A model generated the notes under the pieces. The model ran no database searches, was not told the DNA's origin, and saw nothing but the letters and a program-made list of their open reading frames with translations. Shown piece by piece: positions 63,401 through 64,000 of a stretch of DNA of 64,000 nt (position 1 is the stretch's first letter; the number at the start of each line of letters is the position of its first letter). The stretch is taken from contig NW_027362764.1 of the NCBI RefSeq assembly GCF_046119375.1, positions 810,216,001 through 810,280,000 on the forward strand, given 5' to 3'. A program made the translations under genes and the position numbers. This DNA is from Phyllobates terribilis (taxonomy: Eukaryota).

Positions 63401-64000
63401 TTCTGAAGTACTCTCTTCTTTATAGTGCCCTTTTAAAATCATCTTCAGCTGTTGCAAGGTCAATTGACTCTGACGGAGGTTCAGTCCTGGGCTGATCGCT
63501 TTCACCACCCCCTCAATGATCTCATCTGGCTGGTAGTCTTTCTGTAAGCCTGCATCGATCTGGTGCAACAAGTTCATATAAGACAGTTTCTCTTTCTGTT
63601 CACTCTCTCCAATTTGTCCCAGGATCTTGAATTCTTTCCATATGGTGATTTGTGGTGTTAGAGAGGACTGTCTCCCTGATTTATCTAACCCGAGCAGGTT
63701 AAAGGTCCTGTCTGAGTCTATCACCCATTCAGAGGTTTTGGTCGATTCCTGCAGGGCTGTTGTTAGGGCTTTGAATTGTTCTTTCAATTCCTTTAGTTCT
63801 GTCTGCGAACGGAGATTCCCTCTTTTGGTAAATGGTGCCGCCCCTCCATCCTCCAACTTCAACCTTGTTAGAAACTGTGTTAGTTCCTGGAGGAACGTCC
63901 CCATGATGTCTTCAACTTCTTTCTCCCCCAGCTCATTCATTTTTGCATTAATGGCAGCTAACAGTTGCCTGTGGTTGTGTGCTTTATAAATCTGTTCTTC
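60487..64000 (-). mobile_element. Ty3/Gypsy LTR retrotransposon remnant (gag, protease region, RT); 3' half absent; runs off the window end
   Basis: PNMA-like gag (FKILGQIGE...LSYMNLLHQI...AISPG...SQKNNESPQSFLFRA) at 63254-63940. RT N-terminus (IQDLINRGWVQKSKSSYSSPIVCVRKKD..LRFCCDY) at 61375-61656. RT core ([40 protein letters not shown]) at about 60490-60810. Many stops and frameshifts. Confidence 0.92.
60811..61277 (+). mobile_element. 467-bp insertion in the Gypsy RT, tentatively a Penelope-like pseudo-LTR fragment
   Basis: Flanked by the 13-bp direct repeat CCTTACCCTGATC (60798-60810 and 61278-61290), which duplicates the RT DQGK codons. Contains CGAAACGCGTCG, a downstream AATAAA and a CAG|GTGAGT donor. 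The family assignment is inferred. Confidence 0.55.

Noticed and set aside
55650-64000. Possibility that the DIRS or Gypsy copies are active, or that the DIRS methyltransferase-like domain is a novel system
   Set aside because: Both copies have multiple frameshifts, stops and missing termini; the MT-like domain is an established part of DIRS1 pol.

Overview
Eukaryotic vertebrate genomic DNA. An amphibian (frog) origin is inferred from the transposon types and was not verified. Roughly 70% of the window is GC-rich minisatellite/satellite arrays, and these produce nearly all the long ORFs in the track, which are artefacts. Two complete, apparently intact spliced genes lie tail-to-tail. CFAP20 (+ strand, 6 coding exons, ATG 25478, 193 aa) and DGAT1 (- strand, 17 coding exons, ATG 54886, stop 38201, 470 aa) were both reconstructed by hand with GT-AG boundaries and continuous frames. 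Upstream of DGAT1 is a cluster of decayed retroelements: a DIRS1-type tyrosine-recombinase retrotransposon (+), fused to a truncated Ty3/Gypsy element (-), which is itself interrupted by a 467-bp Penelope-like insert flanked by a 13-bp duplication. The most unusual structure is at the 3' end of CFAP20. The branch point, pyrimidine tract, acceptor and Gln-stop of the 2-codon terminal exon are amplified into a 21-copy tandem array, and a hAT-type MITE carrying AATAAA is inserted just after the stop in the first copy. The DIRS ORF1 also appears to need removal of an 82-nt spliceosomal intron. No prokaryotic-type systems, CRISPR arrays, rRNA or tRNA genes were seen.
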